A stretch of 64,000 bases of DNA. It comes from a virus (lineage: Duplodnaviria > Heunggongvirae > Uroviricota > Caudoviricetes). The notes under the pieces are model-generated. The model was not told the DNA's origin. It worked only from the letters and a program-made list of their open reading frames with translations, and ran no database searches. Location of the stretch: IMG/VR virus record IMGVR_UViG_3300035544_000169. One strand, 5' to 3'. Shown here piece by piece: positions 54,916 to 63,407 of this stretch. The translations under genes were made by a program, and so were the position numbers. Position 1 is the first letter of the stretch. Every line of letters starts with the position of its first letter.

Positions 54916-55479
54916 CTATATTTTTTGCCCCTTTTTCTTATTAAACAGAAAAGAGAGTGCGATTCCTATAGCATCTGCTTTATCATTTTCTTTCTTAAAA
55001 TTTAACCCTAAATCAAAGTATTCATTTATTGCTTCTGTCATCTCTTCCTTTGAAGCTCTTCCATTTCCTGAAGCTATTTTTTTTACACTTGTAGGATAAT
55101 ATAAGTACATATCTTTTTGATACATCTCTGCTAAAAACATGCAAACCCCTCTTACATGACTTAATCTTTTTAAAGTTTTAGGGTTAAGAGAGCTGTATTG
55201 GTCTTCAATACTTATTATTTCAGGCTTATAAAATTTAATAATTTTTTCTAGCTGTTCATATATTTGATAAAATCTTTTTCTATCTGTCTTATCCGAATCT
55301 GTTTCTATATTGTCATAATCTAAAAGTTCTGGTTTGTAATCACCTTTAAACAAGCTCTCTTCTTTTTCAGGAGTTATTATATTTACAAGCTCATCTTCTT
55401 CATATTCTAAAACTGCCCAGCCTGTACTGGTTATACTTGGGTCAATCCCCATTATTCTCTTCTTCATCTTCTGTATCAT
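54916..55479 (-). CDS. ruvC: RuvC-family Holliday junction resolvase
   Basis: IMGIDPSITSTGWAVL (catalytic Asp in an RNase H-like fold), ...EDQY..., DKADAIGIA C-terminal acidic motif. Confidence 0.7.
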   Translation of the reverse strand: MIQKMKKRIMGIDPSITSTGWAVLEYEEDELVNIITPEKEESLFKGDYKPELLDYDNIETDSDKTDRKRFYQIYEQLEKIIKFYKPEIISIEDQYSSLNPKTLKRLSHVRGVCMFLAEMYQKDMYLYYPTSVKKIASGNGRASKEEMTEAINEYFDLGLNFKKENDKADAIGIALSFLFNKKKGQKI

Positions 55480-55602
55480 CTACTTCCTCTTTGTTTTTTT
55501 CTTCGTCTGATTCAGATTCTGATAAATTACCTGACCATTCTTCGCCAATCTTTAAACCTTTTTCTTGGTCTTCAATTATGTTAATTTTTTTGGACATCAA
55601 AA

Positions 55603-56346
55603 TCACCTCCCGCGCCAGTTATAACAAATCTCGCTGTATGGACAAGACTTGCATAAGTAGTTTATATTCTGCCAGTAAAGCTCCTGGTTGATAATCTCTG
55701 CAATATTATCAAGAGTTGCAACCATCTTCTTAAACTGCCAATTGCTTCTGTATATCTCCAAAAACTTTCCTTTTCTTACACTGTTATAAATAAACTTATC
55801 TTCTTTTTGCTTAAATATATTCCTGAATCCATAACTCATAAGAGAAAATTTAAGGTCATTATTTTTTCTAAATGTATCAGGATTATGAGAAGCATTACTG
55901 AAATACATTATATGCGTTTTTTTATCTACCATCTTTACCAGCTGCAAGTTGCAGTTTTTTATTTTGTGATTTTCAAGTTCAACATCAAACTTTTCATTTA
56001 CGGCTATCGGTATTCCTGGGTTATCCCTGTGTTTAATGTAAAACTTTTTGATGAACTCTCCCGGATACTTTTGTGTGTATCTCTTTTTTTGCTGGCTTGT
56101 TTTAAATTTTAGCAAATCTTCTTTTTTTGCAAATTCAGTTCCGTAAAAGTTTTTTAGTTCAGTTTCTTTAGGAACTCTCTCTTCTTCAAGGATTGTATTA
56201 TAAAAGAAGTAGATTGTGTCTGCTAATATATCGTCTATTACTTTCCTGCCCATGTAGCTTTCAACCTTGTCTTTTCTTTGGTGTTTGAAAAGGTATAAGG
56301 CGGGACATGCTAGAAAATCTAAGAGTGCTTGATATTCTATCTCCAA
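55603..56346 (-). CDS. Cas4/RecB-like PD-(D/E)XK nuclease with a 4-Cys cluster (weak)
   Basis: N-terminal Cys (FLACPALY) plus C-terminal CKSCPYSEIC, the pattern of the Cas4-family Fe-S exonucleases. The core is divergent. Confidence 0.35.
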   Translation of the reverse strand: MEIEYQALLDFLACPALYLFKHQRKDKVESYMGRKVIDDILADTIYFFYNTILEEERVPKETELKNFYGTEFAKKEDLLKFKTSQQKKRYTQKYPGEFIKKFYIKHRDNPGIPIAVNEKFDVELENHKIKNCNLQLVKMVDKKTHIMYFSNASHNPDTFRKNNDLKFSLMSYGFRNIFKQKEDKFIYNSVRKGKFLEIYRSNWQFKKMVATLDNIAEIINQELYWQNINYLCKSCPYSEICYNWRGR

Positions 56347-56397
56347 TTAATTCACCTCATGTTATGTTGATTTGTTTATCTTACTTCACTAAACTAA

Positions 56398-57063
56398 TTA
56401 TAACACAAATCCGTCCACTTTTAAAGTTTTTATCTTTTTTAATATTTTGTCGGTTGATTCTTTTATAGAATGAAGGCTTGAGTTTATTATTACTTTGGGG
56501 TAATCAAGCATTTTTAAATTGTGATTTTTAGTTAGAGTTATAAACTTTCTATTTAATCCGTCCCAATCATAATTGTATTTTTCCATAAAGGTATCTGCTT
56601 CATTACTGATAAATGGTTCGTTAGCTATCATTATAACGCCCATATCAGGAGTTGGAAAACCTAACATCTCTTCTATCTTAAATAAATCTTTGTAGTCTAA
56701 AACTCCCTTTTCCATACACTGATAGACAGCTGTTGAAAGGTCGTATCTATCACTTAAGATTATAGTGTTATCATCATTTTCTTTTTTAATCAAAGTCTTA
56801 ATATGTTCAGCCCTATCAGCCAGGAATATTAATGTTTCAGTTAAAGGAGATATTTTTTCATCTTTATCAAATAAAATCTTTCTTAACTTTAAACCAAACT
56901 CTGAGCCTCCCGGCTCTTTAGTTGTCAATACTCTCTTATTAAAGGAAGGAGAAGCCCTTAAGGCCTCTCCCACGCTTTCTAAGAGGGTTGATTTCCCGAC
57001 CCAATCGGGCCCTTCAAATACTATAAACAAACTAATCATCCTCTCTCTTTTCTGCTTCTTCAA
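56398..57063 (-). CDS. tmk: Thymidylate (dTMP) kinase family protein
   Basis: IVFEGPDWVGKST (the EGxDGxGKST P-loop), DRY-like SDRYDLST motif. Confidence 0.65.
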   Translation of the reverse strand: MKKQKRERMISLFIVFEGPDWVGKSTLLESVGEALRASPSFNKRVLTTKEPGGSEFGLKLRKILFDKDEKISPLTETLIFLADRAEHIKTLIKKENDDNTIILSDRYDLSTAVYQCMEKGVLDYKDLFKIEEMLGFPTPDMGVIMIANEPFISNEADTFMEKYNYDWDGLNRKFITLTKNHNLKMLDYPKVIINSSLHSIKESTDKILKKIKTLKVDGFVL

Positions 57064-57295
57064 TTACTTTACTCATTATTTTGCCAAAATCATCTCCGTC
57101 TTCTAAATCCTCTTTGTCAAAATGCATTACAAAGTCGGGTTCTCCAGCGAATGTATACCTGTATACTTCAAAGACTATAAAACCTGAAAGCAGTGTTAAA
57201 GCTGAGTATATTAATGAGTAATTAACAAAAACGACCATTGATAATATTCCGAAGATTAAACCTAAGACATAGCTTATTGTTGAAACATGCGACAT
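57032..57295 (-). CDS. Small membrane protein
   Basis: Two TM helices, with an acidic C-terminus. Confidence 0.35.
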   Translation of the reverse strand: MSHVSTISYVLGLIFGILSMVVFVNYSLIYSALTLLSGFIVFEVYRYTFAGEPDFVMHFDKEDLEDGDDFGKIMSKVIEEAEKREDD

Positions 57296-57336
57296 TAAAA
57301 AAATCTCTACATTGTCTAAAAATACTAGAAATTTAT

Positions 57337-57999
57337 TTATTTTACCACCTCCTGGTCATTTGCCAAAAAATCGGCAATATGTACTATCTTAAGAAAATCA
57401 TTCTCTTTTCTATATCTTAAAGATGGAACTAAGCACTTACCCCCTGTGTGTCCTTCAATCCCCTTCATTATCAAGTCAAAAGCATCTTTATCTTCTTCGT
57501 TTGCTATCAAGTATTCATAGTCTAAAAATTTAATTCTTGGCTGAATCAAATGCAAGTGAAAAATTTCATCTTTATCAGCAGTAGAAAATGAATCTAAAAA
57601 ACAATCATGTAAAAGTGTTGCTGCAAGTACAATATCACGCTTGTAATCGCTAATATCCCAAGCTTTAATTAGCTTTTTAGCTATTTTAAATGCCTTTTTA
57701 GAGTGGAGCACAGCTCCTCCGACACCTTCTTCATCTTCAGGAGTTTTGCCGTACTCTGATTTATTAGGCCTAAACCAAAATTCATTTGGTAAACTTTCTA
57801 AAATTTTAATAACTATAACTTTTACATTATAATTTTTGATATCATTTATTTCACTGCCAAATACTATATTTTTTTCTTCATCTGTTAAGTTTGTTATTCC
57901 ATAGATGTTTGTCATATTCTTAAGGTCAGCTTCTTCTCCTACTAAGTTTCCTTCAGCATCAACTAGTTTATCATTTACTAAGAATTTAAGGTAATTCAT
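57337..57999 (-). CDS. HD-domain phosphohydrolase-like protein
   Basis: H...LAATLLHDCFLD (H...HD...D pattern). Confidence 0.45.
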   Translation of the reverse strand: MNYLKFLVNDKLVDAEGNLVGEEADLKNMTNIYGITNLTDEEKNIVFGSEINDIKNYNVKVIVIKILESLPNEFWFRPNKSEYGKTPEDEEGVGGAVLHSKKAFKIAKKLIKAWDISDYKRDIVLAATLLHDCFLDSFSTADKDEIFHLHLIQPRIKFLDYEYLIANEEDKDAFDLIMKGIEGHTGGKCLVPSLRYRKENDFLKIVHIADFLANDQEVVK

Positions 58000-58020
58000 C
58001 TCTATCTTCCCCCAATAATT

Positions 58021-58338
58021 TTATATTTTATGTCTTCTTCTTACTTCTTTTGGCCAGCACTTATGACAAACAGAAGCTTCCCACTCTTTTTTTCTGTTCT
58101 GATTTACATTACCATTGTGGTCTGTCTTTACAAAAATAAGCTGTTTACCGCAGAACTTGCAGTATTTTGTGTGTCCACCATAATCTTTATCAACTCTGTC
58201 TTTTTTGTTAATTTCTTGGTTTGCTTTATCACTATTTTGTATCATCTTTTTCCCTCTCAATCTTGAACTCAGTCTCACAACTAGGACACTGGAGCTTTTC
58301 GTAATCTTCATCTCCGAGTTTATTTGAGAAAAAATCAC
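58021..58338 (-). CDS. Small zinc-ribbon protein
   Basis: CKFCGKQ...CHKC. Confidence 0.35.
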   Translation of the reverse strand: MIFSQINSEMKITKSSSVLVVRLSSRLRGKKMIQNSDKANQEINKKDRVDKDYGGHTKYCKFCGKQLIFVKTDHNGNVNQNRKKEWEASVCHKCWPKEVRRRHKI

Positions 58339-58498
58339 CGCATTCAGGACATTTATACAAATCTAGTTTCTCCACTTCACACTCATCTGTCGGTACATTT
58401 GCTGTAGCGTAGACCTTAAGGTCTATATCGCTCTGTTTGAATGTGTTGTTTATAAAACTCAACTTCTCCTCTACTTCTTTTTTTAAGTCCTCTCTCAT
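58232..58498 (-). CDS. Small zinc-ribbon protein
   Basis: CPECGDF...CPSCETEF. Confidence 0.35.
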   Translation of the reverse strand: MREDLKKEVEEKLSFINNTFKQSDIDLKVYATANVPTDECEVEKLDLYKCPECGDFFSNKLGDEDYEKLQCPSCETEFKIEREKDDTK

Positions 58499-58731
58499 TA
58501 CTCCTCCACCTTTCTAATAAGCAAATTCTTTTCTTTGGTTGAGTGAGAACAGGTAAGGACTTTGCATCTTCTACACCATTCATACTTACTATTCTTATTT
58601 TCACATCTATAATCAATAGGACAAGGGGCGTACTGAGAGCACTCAATGCCTTCATAGTAGCCATCCTTATACCTAATTACTCTTTCTCCGAACGGACCTT
58701 CAAATTCTTCATGTTTTTCTGCTACACCCAT
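58498..58731 (-). CDS. Small Cys-rich protein
   Basis: CSQYAPCPIDYRCEN...CRRCKVLTC. Confidence 0.35.
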   Translation of the reverse strand: MGVAEKHEEFEGPFGERVIRYKDGYYEGIECSQYAPCPIDYRCENKNSKYEWCRRCKVLTCSHSTKEKNLLIRKVEE

Positions 58732-58851
58732 CGGGTAAGCACCTCCTTAATATTAACACATAAACATATGTTTTGCAAGGGTCATAATCACAATTTCATC
58801 AAATTTTAAATAGCAATTTATTACATAATCCTACAAAAAAGTGAATAAGCT

Positions 58852-59982
58852 TTAATTTTGATAAATCAAATTGTTGTAATACTCAACTTCTCCTTCTGTT
58901 GCTTCGACAAATAACGCATATTCTGGAACAAACTTATAATAAAGTCTTCCTTTATATGAGCTTTGCTTATTTTTATCGAAATGGACTTCAACTATAGGGT
59001 TTTTACCTGGCCTATCCTGACTTCTGTAAAACACGGCTGCGTTCTGCTGCTCTAGTCCAACCTCATTGTAAAGCATAAGGCATGCTGTTGCTCGGTAAAC
59101 AATCTTTCCAGCTTCTTTGATATCCTCTTTTACTGGCCTAACATTTGTATGGCCAGATGAGCCCTTTCGTAGTTCAGCTGTACACCAGATTGGAATATTA
59201 AATTTTTCAGAAAGATTTCTTAACCTATCAGCTATATCGCTGTATTTTTCTTTTTCGCTGTAGTATGTCTTATCTTCTGATGTAAGGTCGTGAAAATTAT
59301 CAATTTGTACAAAAAGCTTTCTGTCAGAACCTATCTCCTCTAAATAATTTAGGTGCTTTTCAACTTCCTTCTCTACAAGCTCAATCGATTTACCTTTGTC
59401 CTGGTCGATGATTTTAAACCTGTCTAAAGAAGAATACAAATCCCTAATTCCATCTTTCCTTTTCTCAAGTATCGTTGGGTAGTCTAAATACCTTTCAGGA
59501 AGTCTGATTGCGTTAATAGGTATATTTTTTTCAGATGCAACAATTCTTGGCAGTAAATCCTTACTACCATCATCAAAAGAAAAATACAAACTATAAACAT
59601 CACCAGCAATAGATGATTGGTTTGCTACATATAATAAGAAACTTGATTTTCCAACATTGGACTGAGCTCCAACAAAAACCAATCCTGACTGAATTCCCAT
59701 AAATTTTTCGTCAAATAATTCAAACCCTGTTGAGTAACCCTCTCCTCTTTCCCAGGCCACCTTATCGGAATTTAAAATTGTATAATACATTTCTTTTTCT
59801 ATCTCATTTAACTCATCTGGTTTGATATTTGAATTTACCAATAATTCTTCTATAGGAATATCTTCTTTTTTTACTTCCTCTTTTGGGGTATCTTCTTCTG
59901 TATCTATTTCTTCTTCCAGCCATTTTTGAAAATCATACTCCTCTTCGCTTTCTAAGAAGCTTTCTATTGCAGTTGAACTCAT
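58852..59982 (-). CDS. DnaB-like replicative helicase C-terminal (RecA-fold) domain protein
   Basis: GLVFVGAQSNVGKSSFLLYVA Walker A of the DnaB type, then a Walker B hydrophobic-D stretch LFVQIDNFHDL. Confidence 0.6.
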   Translation of the reverse strand: MSSTAIESFLESEEEYDFQKWLEEEIDTEEDTPKEEVKKEDIPIEELLVNSNIKPDELNEIEKEMYYTILNSDKVAWERGEGYSTGFELFDEKFMGIQSGLVFVGAQSNVGKSSFLLYVANQSSIAGDVYSLYFSFDDGSKDLLPRIVASEKNIPINAIRLPERYLDYPTILEKRKDGIRDLYSSLDRFKIIDQDKGKSIELVEKEVEKHLNYLEEIGSDRKLFVQIDNFHDLTSEDKTYYSEKEKYSDIADRLRNLSEKFNIPIWCTAELRKGSSGHTNVRPVKEDIKEAGKIVYRATACLMLYNEVGLEQQNAAVFYRSQDRPGKNPIVEVHFDKNKQSSYKGRLYYKFVPEYALFVEATEGEVEYYNNLIYQN

Positions 59983-60662
59983 TTATTTACCCCCCTCTTC
60001 TTTAAGTAAGCTTTATAGAAGGGGTGCACTTTTCCAGAGCTTGAATTTTTGACATTTTCCATTCTCTTTTTACCTTCTTTTGTATAGTATATTATTGACT
60101 CAGCAACTTTTGTATCCCAGTTCTCTACACTTCCAAGCCTTTTTATTTCGTCTATTGTAAATAATAATAAATCTAAATCATAAGATTTTAAGTATCCATT
60201 TATTCTTTTTTTATTTCTATCATAAAGAGTCTCATCTTTATCTTTAATATCAAGTCTTTCGTAAAAATGCTGGACTAAATCCTCTGCTGTAAAAGACTCA
60301 ACAAGCTCCAAATAAAAAGGTTCTTTTTTCTCGATTATTTTTCCTTCAATTGAAATATCAAGAGAGGCAGGCTCCGAAATTTTATGAAGCCTGCTGTTGT
60401 AATAAAACTTATCCTCAAGAAGGTTATTTGGCTTTTTTAGAGGAGGGGTGCTATTAAGGTATGGAACATCGTTTAAACTCTGCACTCCCTCTATGCTGTT
60501 GATATCGCAAGATACAATCCTGTTTGTGATGTTGGCTATAGTCCAGCCCTGACTGAGTAAATCTTTTGATTCATCATATATCTGTTTAACATATTTTTTT
60601 GAAGGTACAGTCTTTGGGTGCAAAACCAGAAAAAAGCACCTTACTATATCATCTATTTTCAC
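59979..60662 (-). CDS. Hypothetical protein
   Basis: 227-aa ORF coupled to the helicase gene. Confidence 0.4.
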   Translation of the reverse strand: MKIDDIVRCFFLVLHPKTVPSKKYVKQIYDESKDLLSQGWTIANITNRIVSCDINSIEGVQSLNDVPYLNSTPPLKKPNNLLEDKFYYNSRLHKISEPASLDISIEGKIIEKKEPFYLELVESFTAEDLVQHFYERLDIKDKDETLYDRNKKRINGYLKSYDLDLLLFTIDEIKRLGSVENWDTKVAESIIYYTKEGKKRMENVKNSSSGKVHPFYKAYLKKRGVNK

Positions 60663-61246
60663 ACAGCCTTACCTCCTGCCTCCAAATCTATTTTTTCCTG
60701 CAGAAAATCGTTAAAATCCTCTATATTCTTTGGTAGAATATCTCCTACACTTTTTGAATTATCATCAAAAAATTCATGCACATAAGGCATTAACTCGCTG
60801 TTAGTCTTAAGTCTTAGTTTAGATTTTAACTCCTGAAGTTTTGTTACATCTGCTGCATAAAAGATACTACTTTTGGTTGTCCATTTATTCATATCCTCAT
60901 CAGTCAGTTCCGATTTTAAAATCTTCTCATTTTCATTTTGCGGTTCTTTCCTTTTAGTCTCTATATTAGTAACCTTACTATTAGATTCTTTTTTCTCAAC
61001 ACCATTAATATCAAAGCTGTCAATCAGTGCCATAACCATATTTGATAATTTCTCATTTACTTCTGTTTTTTTTAATAATTTACTTTCAATAAAGTCAACA
61101 GCTGTATTGGTACCCAAATCATCGATAGTTAAAGCTGCTTTAATTTTAATGCCTAGGCTATCTGCAGCTTTTAAGTCAATGTCAACATCAATCTTTGGCC
61201 TGTAACCTAAGTTTCTTAGTTTAGAAAATTGTTTTAAATAATTCAT
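60659..61246 (-). CDS. Hypothetical protein
   Basis: 195-aa ORF. Confidence 0.4.
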   Translation of the reverse strand: MNYLKQFSKLRNLGYRPKIDVDIDLKAADSLGIKIKAALTIDDLGTNTAVDFIESKLLKKTEVNEKLSNMVMALIDSFDINGVEKKESNSKVTNIETKRKEPQNENEKILKSELTDEDMNKWTTKSSIFYAADVTKLQELKSKLRLKTNSELMPYVHEFFDDNSKSVGDILPKNIEDFNDFLQEKIDLEAGGKAV

Positions 61247-61259
61247 TTAATACCTCCTT

Positions 61260-61559
61260 TTACTCTATTGTTGCTATAATATCTCTTTCATTTATCAACC
61301 ATAAATCTTCTCCGTCAACTTCAATTTTATGACCTGCATACTGCTTATAAAGTATTTCGTCACCTTTATTAACACTTGTTTCAATTAGTTTATTTGAATT
61401 AGGAGTTTTTCTACCTGGTCCAGCCTCAATTACCTCTCCTTTTAAAACTTCATATTTTTCAGTTTGCTTTTCAGGAATAATAAGTCCCGATTTTGTTTTT
61501 GTCTTACCTTCTTTTTCTTCTCTTTTAACTAAAATAAAATCATGCATTGGTTTAATCAT
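61260..61559 (-). CDS. groES: GroES/Cpn10-like co-chaperonin
   Basis: IKPMHDFILVKREEKE...SGLIIPE...GEVIEAGPG...KGDEILYKQYAGHKIEVDGEDLWLINERDIIA follows the GroES pattern throughout. Confidence 0.75.
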   Translation of the reverse strand: MIKPMHDFILVKREEKEGKTKTKSGLIIPEKQTEKYEVLKGEVIEAGPGRKTPNSNKLIETSVNKGDEILYKQYAGHKIEVDGEDLWLINERDIIATIE

Positions 61560-61711
61560 TTATTTTCAACCCTCTCTATAATTTCTTTTTTCATTAATTT
61601 TATTTCTTCTTCTCTTTCTAATGTGTAATTAGATGTTTGAAATACAATATTTCTTTCAAGCTCTTTAACTAGGTCATGAGTTGGGATTATCTTAATCATT
61701 TTCTTATCCAT
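61556..61711 (-). CDS. Small protein (51 aa) translationally coupled between dcd and groES
   Basis: MDKKMIKIIPTHDLVKELERNIVFQ... The stop TGA overlaps the groES ATG. Confidence 0.3.
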   Translation of the reverse strand: MDKKMIKIIPTHDLVKELERNIVFQTSNYTLEREEEIKLMKKEIIERVENK

Positions 61712-62255
61712 TTTTCACAAACTCTCTATCACGGAAACTCATACTTCCTGTTGCTCCGTTTTGACCATTGTATTTCCCGTTGTATAAATTGTCAGGTACA
61801 TTTTTAGTTTCTGCAAATACAAGCTGACAAATTCTTGTTCCCGGAGTTAATTCGATTGGGATTTCATTGGAATTATATAACTCTAATGTAATCTGACCCC
61901 AGAAGCCGTTGTCGACCCAGCCTGCATTCTCAATAAAAAGTCCAAGCCTTCCAATTGAACTTCTACCTTCAACGAAAGCGGCTATCTTACCGTCAAGTCT
62001 TACACTTTCTTTTGTTGTAGCTAAAACAAATTCATGAGGTTTTAGTATAAATTTCTCATCTTTTCCTAAAATTAATTCTTCGTATTCTGTTTTTTCATTG
62101 AGTTTTATAAGCTCATTTTCTTTTTTAATCAAAGAAAAACTATTTCCAAGCCTTAAGTCTACGGAAGCGGGTTCAATCTGCTCTTTTTTTAGGGGTCTTA
62201 TATCTATAAAGCCAGCCTCCATGTTTCGTTTAATATCTTTATCCGACAAAATCAT
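61704..62255 (-). CDS. dcd: dCTP deaminase
   Basis: MILSDKDI...ASVDLRLGN...EGRSSIGRLGLFIENAGWVDNGFWGQITLELYN matches Dcd signatures. Confidence 0.85.
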   Translation of the reverse strand: MILSDKDIKRNMEAGFIDIRPLKKEQIEPASVDLRLGNSFSLIKKENELIKLNEKTEYEELILGKDEKFILKPHEFVLATTKESVRLDGKIAAFVEGRSSIGRLGLFIENAGWVDNGFWGQITLELYNSNEIPIELTPGTRICQLVFAETKNVPDNLYNGKYNGQNGATGSMSFRDREFVKNG

Positions 62256-62610
62256 CTATTCTAACTTCCTCTCTCAATTTAATTTTGTTGTACAAATCTT
62301 TATTTTTAAATATATTACCTATAACTTCATAACTGTCATTTTGATAAAATGGACTGATTACTTTATTATCCTTGTAATAGCATTCAAGGTACCAGCCGTT
62401 TAGTATTTTTCCATTATAACTAAACTTTCCTCTTTTTAATATTGATATATATTTTTTGTATTTTAAAATATCATTTTCATATATTAAATTATCATTAATA
62501 TCTGAACAGCCGGGAGAGCCCATTGAGCCTTCGCTCTCCCAACTGTAGATTAAATGATTCATTTCGCTTCCGTCCCAAGTTCTTATCGGCTCAAAGAACA
62601 TCAAAAACAT
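62239..62610 (-). CDS. Hypothetical protein
   Basis: 123-aa ORF. Confidence 0.4.
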   Translation of the reverse strand: MFLMFFEPIRTWDGSEMNHLIYSWESEGSMGSPGCSDINDNLIYENDILKYKKYISILKRGKFSYNGKILNGWYLECYYKDNKVISPFYQNDSYEVIGNIFKNKDLYNKIKLREEVRIDDFVG

Positions 62611-62616
62611 CCTCTC

Positions 62617-63363
62617 TTAAAGATTCATTATATTTCTGTTCATAAGGTATTCTGGAATCATTGGTAAAAAGTTTTCTGTAATAACCTGCAGCCTTCTTAC
62701 ATCGTTAGCGCAGTGAGTAAGCTGTGTTTTCTCAAACTCTTTATAGGAAATATCGCCTTTTTTATACTGGTCAATTAGTTCTCCTACATCTATATACGGA
62801 TATTCCTCTTCTTTTTTAGGGTCAAAAAATCTGACATAAACATCCTGCAGAGAGTTAGATTCTGATGTTGTAATTTCATCTCTTCCACACCAGTCACAAC
62901 CTTCCTCCTCCTCAAGCTCCACCAATCTCTTGTAAGTATCTTTAGTTGTTGTGTATTTAATCGAGTTGGCAAAAGCAAGCTCCACCAAGTCATCCTTCCT
63001 GAGTGATGATTTTGAAGGAAGTTTTACATCATAAACACTTGTTGAAATGTGGTTCTGAACGACTGGCAGCATATCAAGGTGTCTTATTCCTTTAAATGGC
63101 CATTCGTTTGTAAGATTGTTTCTAATTGCAAGAGTTCTTAAAAACGGTAGGTCAAATCCACCCCTGTAATTTTGTGTTCTATAACCTACTAGAACAGCAC
63201 CTTTTAAATTTTTAATAAAACCAAAGAAGGCATCTAATTCTAAAAACTCATAAAAATGTTCTTCATTTCTTACAACCGCACAAACAAAATCATCTTCAAG
63301 CCCTGATAATCCTGTAGTTTCTATATCAAAATAATGTGGTATCAAACCTTCTATTTTATACAT
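62617..63363 (-). CDS. DEDD-family (DnaQ-like) 3'-5' exonuclease
   Basis: YFDIETTGL Exo I motif. Context among replication genes. Confidence 0.55.
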   Translation of the reverse strand: MYKIEGLIPHYFDIETTGLSGLEDDFVCAVVRNEEHFYEFLELDAFFGFIKNLKGAVLVGYRTQNYRGGFDLPFLRTLAIRNNLTNEWPFKGIRHLDMLPVVQNHISTSVYDVKLPSKSSLRKDDLVELAFANSIKYTTTKDTYKRLVELEEEEGCDWCGRDEITTSESNSLQDVYVRFFDPKKEEEYPYIDVGELIDQYKKGDISYKEFEKTQLTHCANDVRRLQVITENFLPMIPEYLMNRNIMNL

Positions 63364-63407
63364 TTATTTATCCCCCTTTTAAGGGAGGAGCGTGCCCTCC
63401 CTTAATC

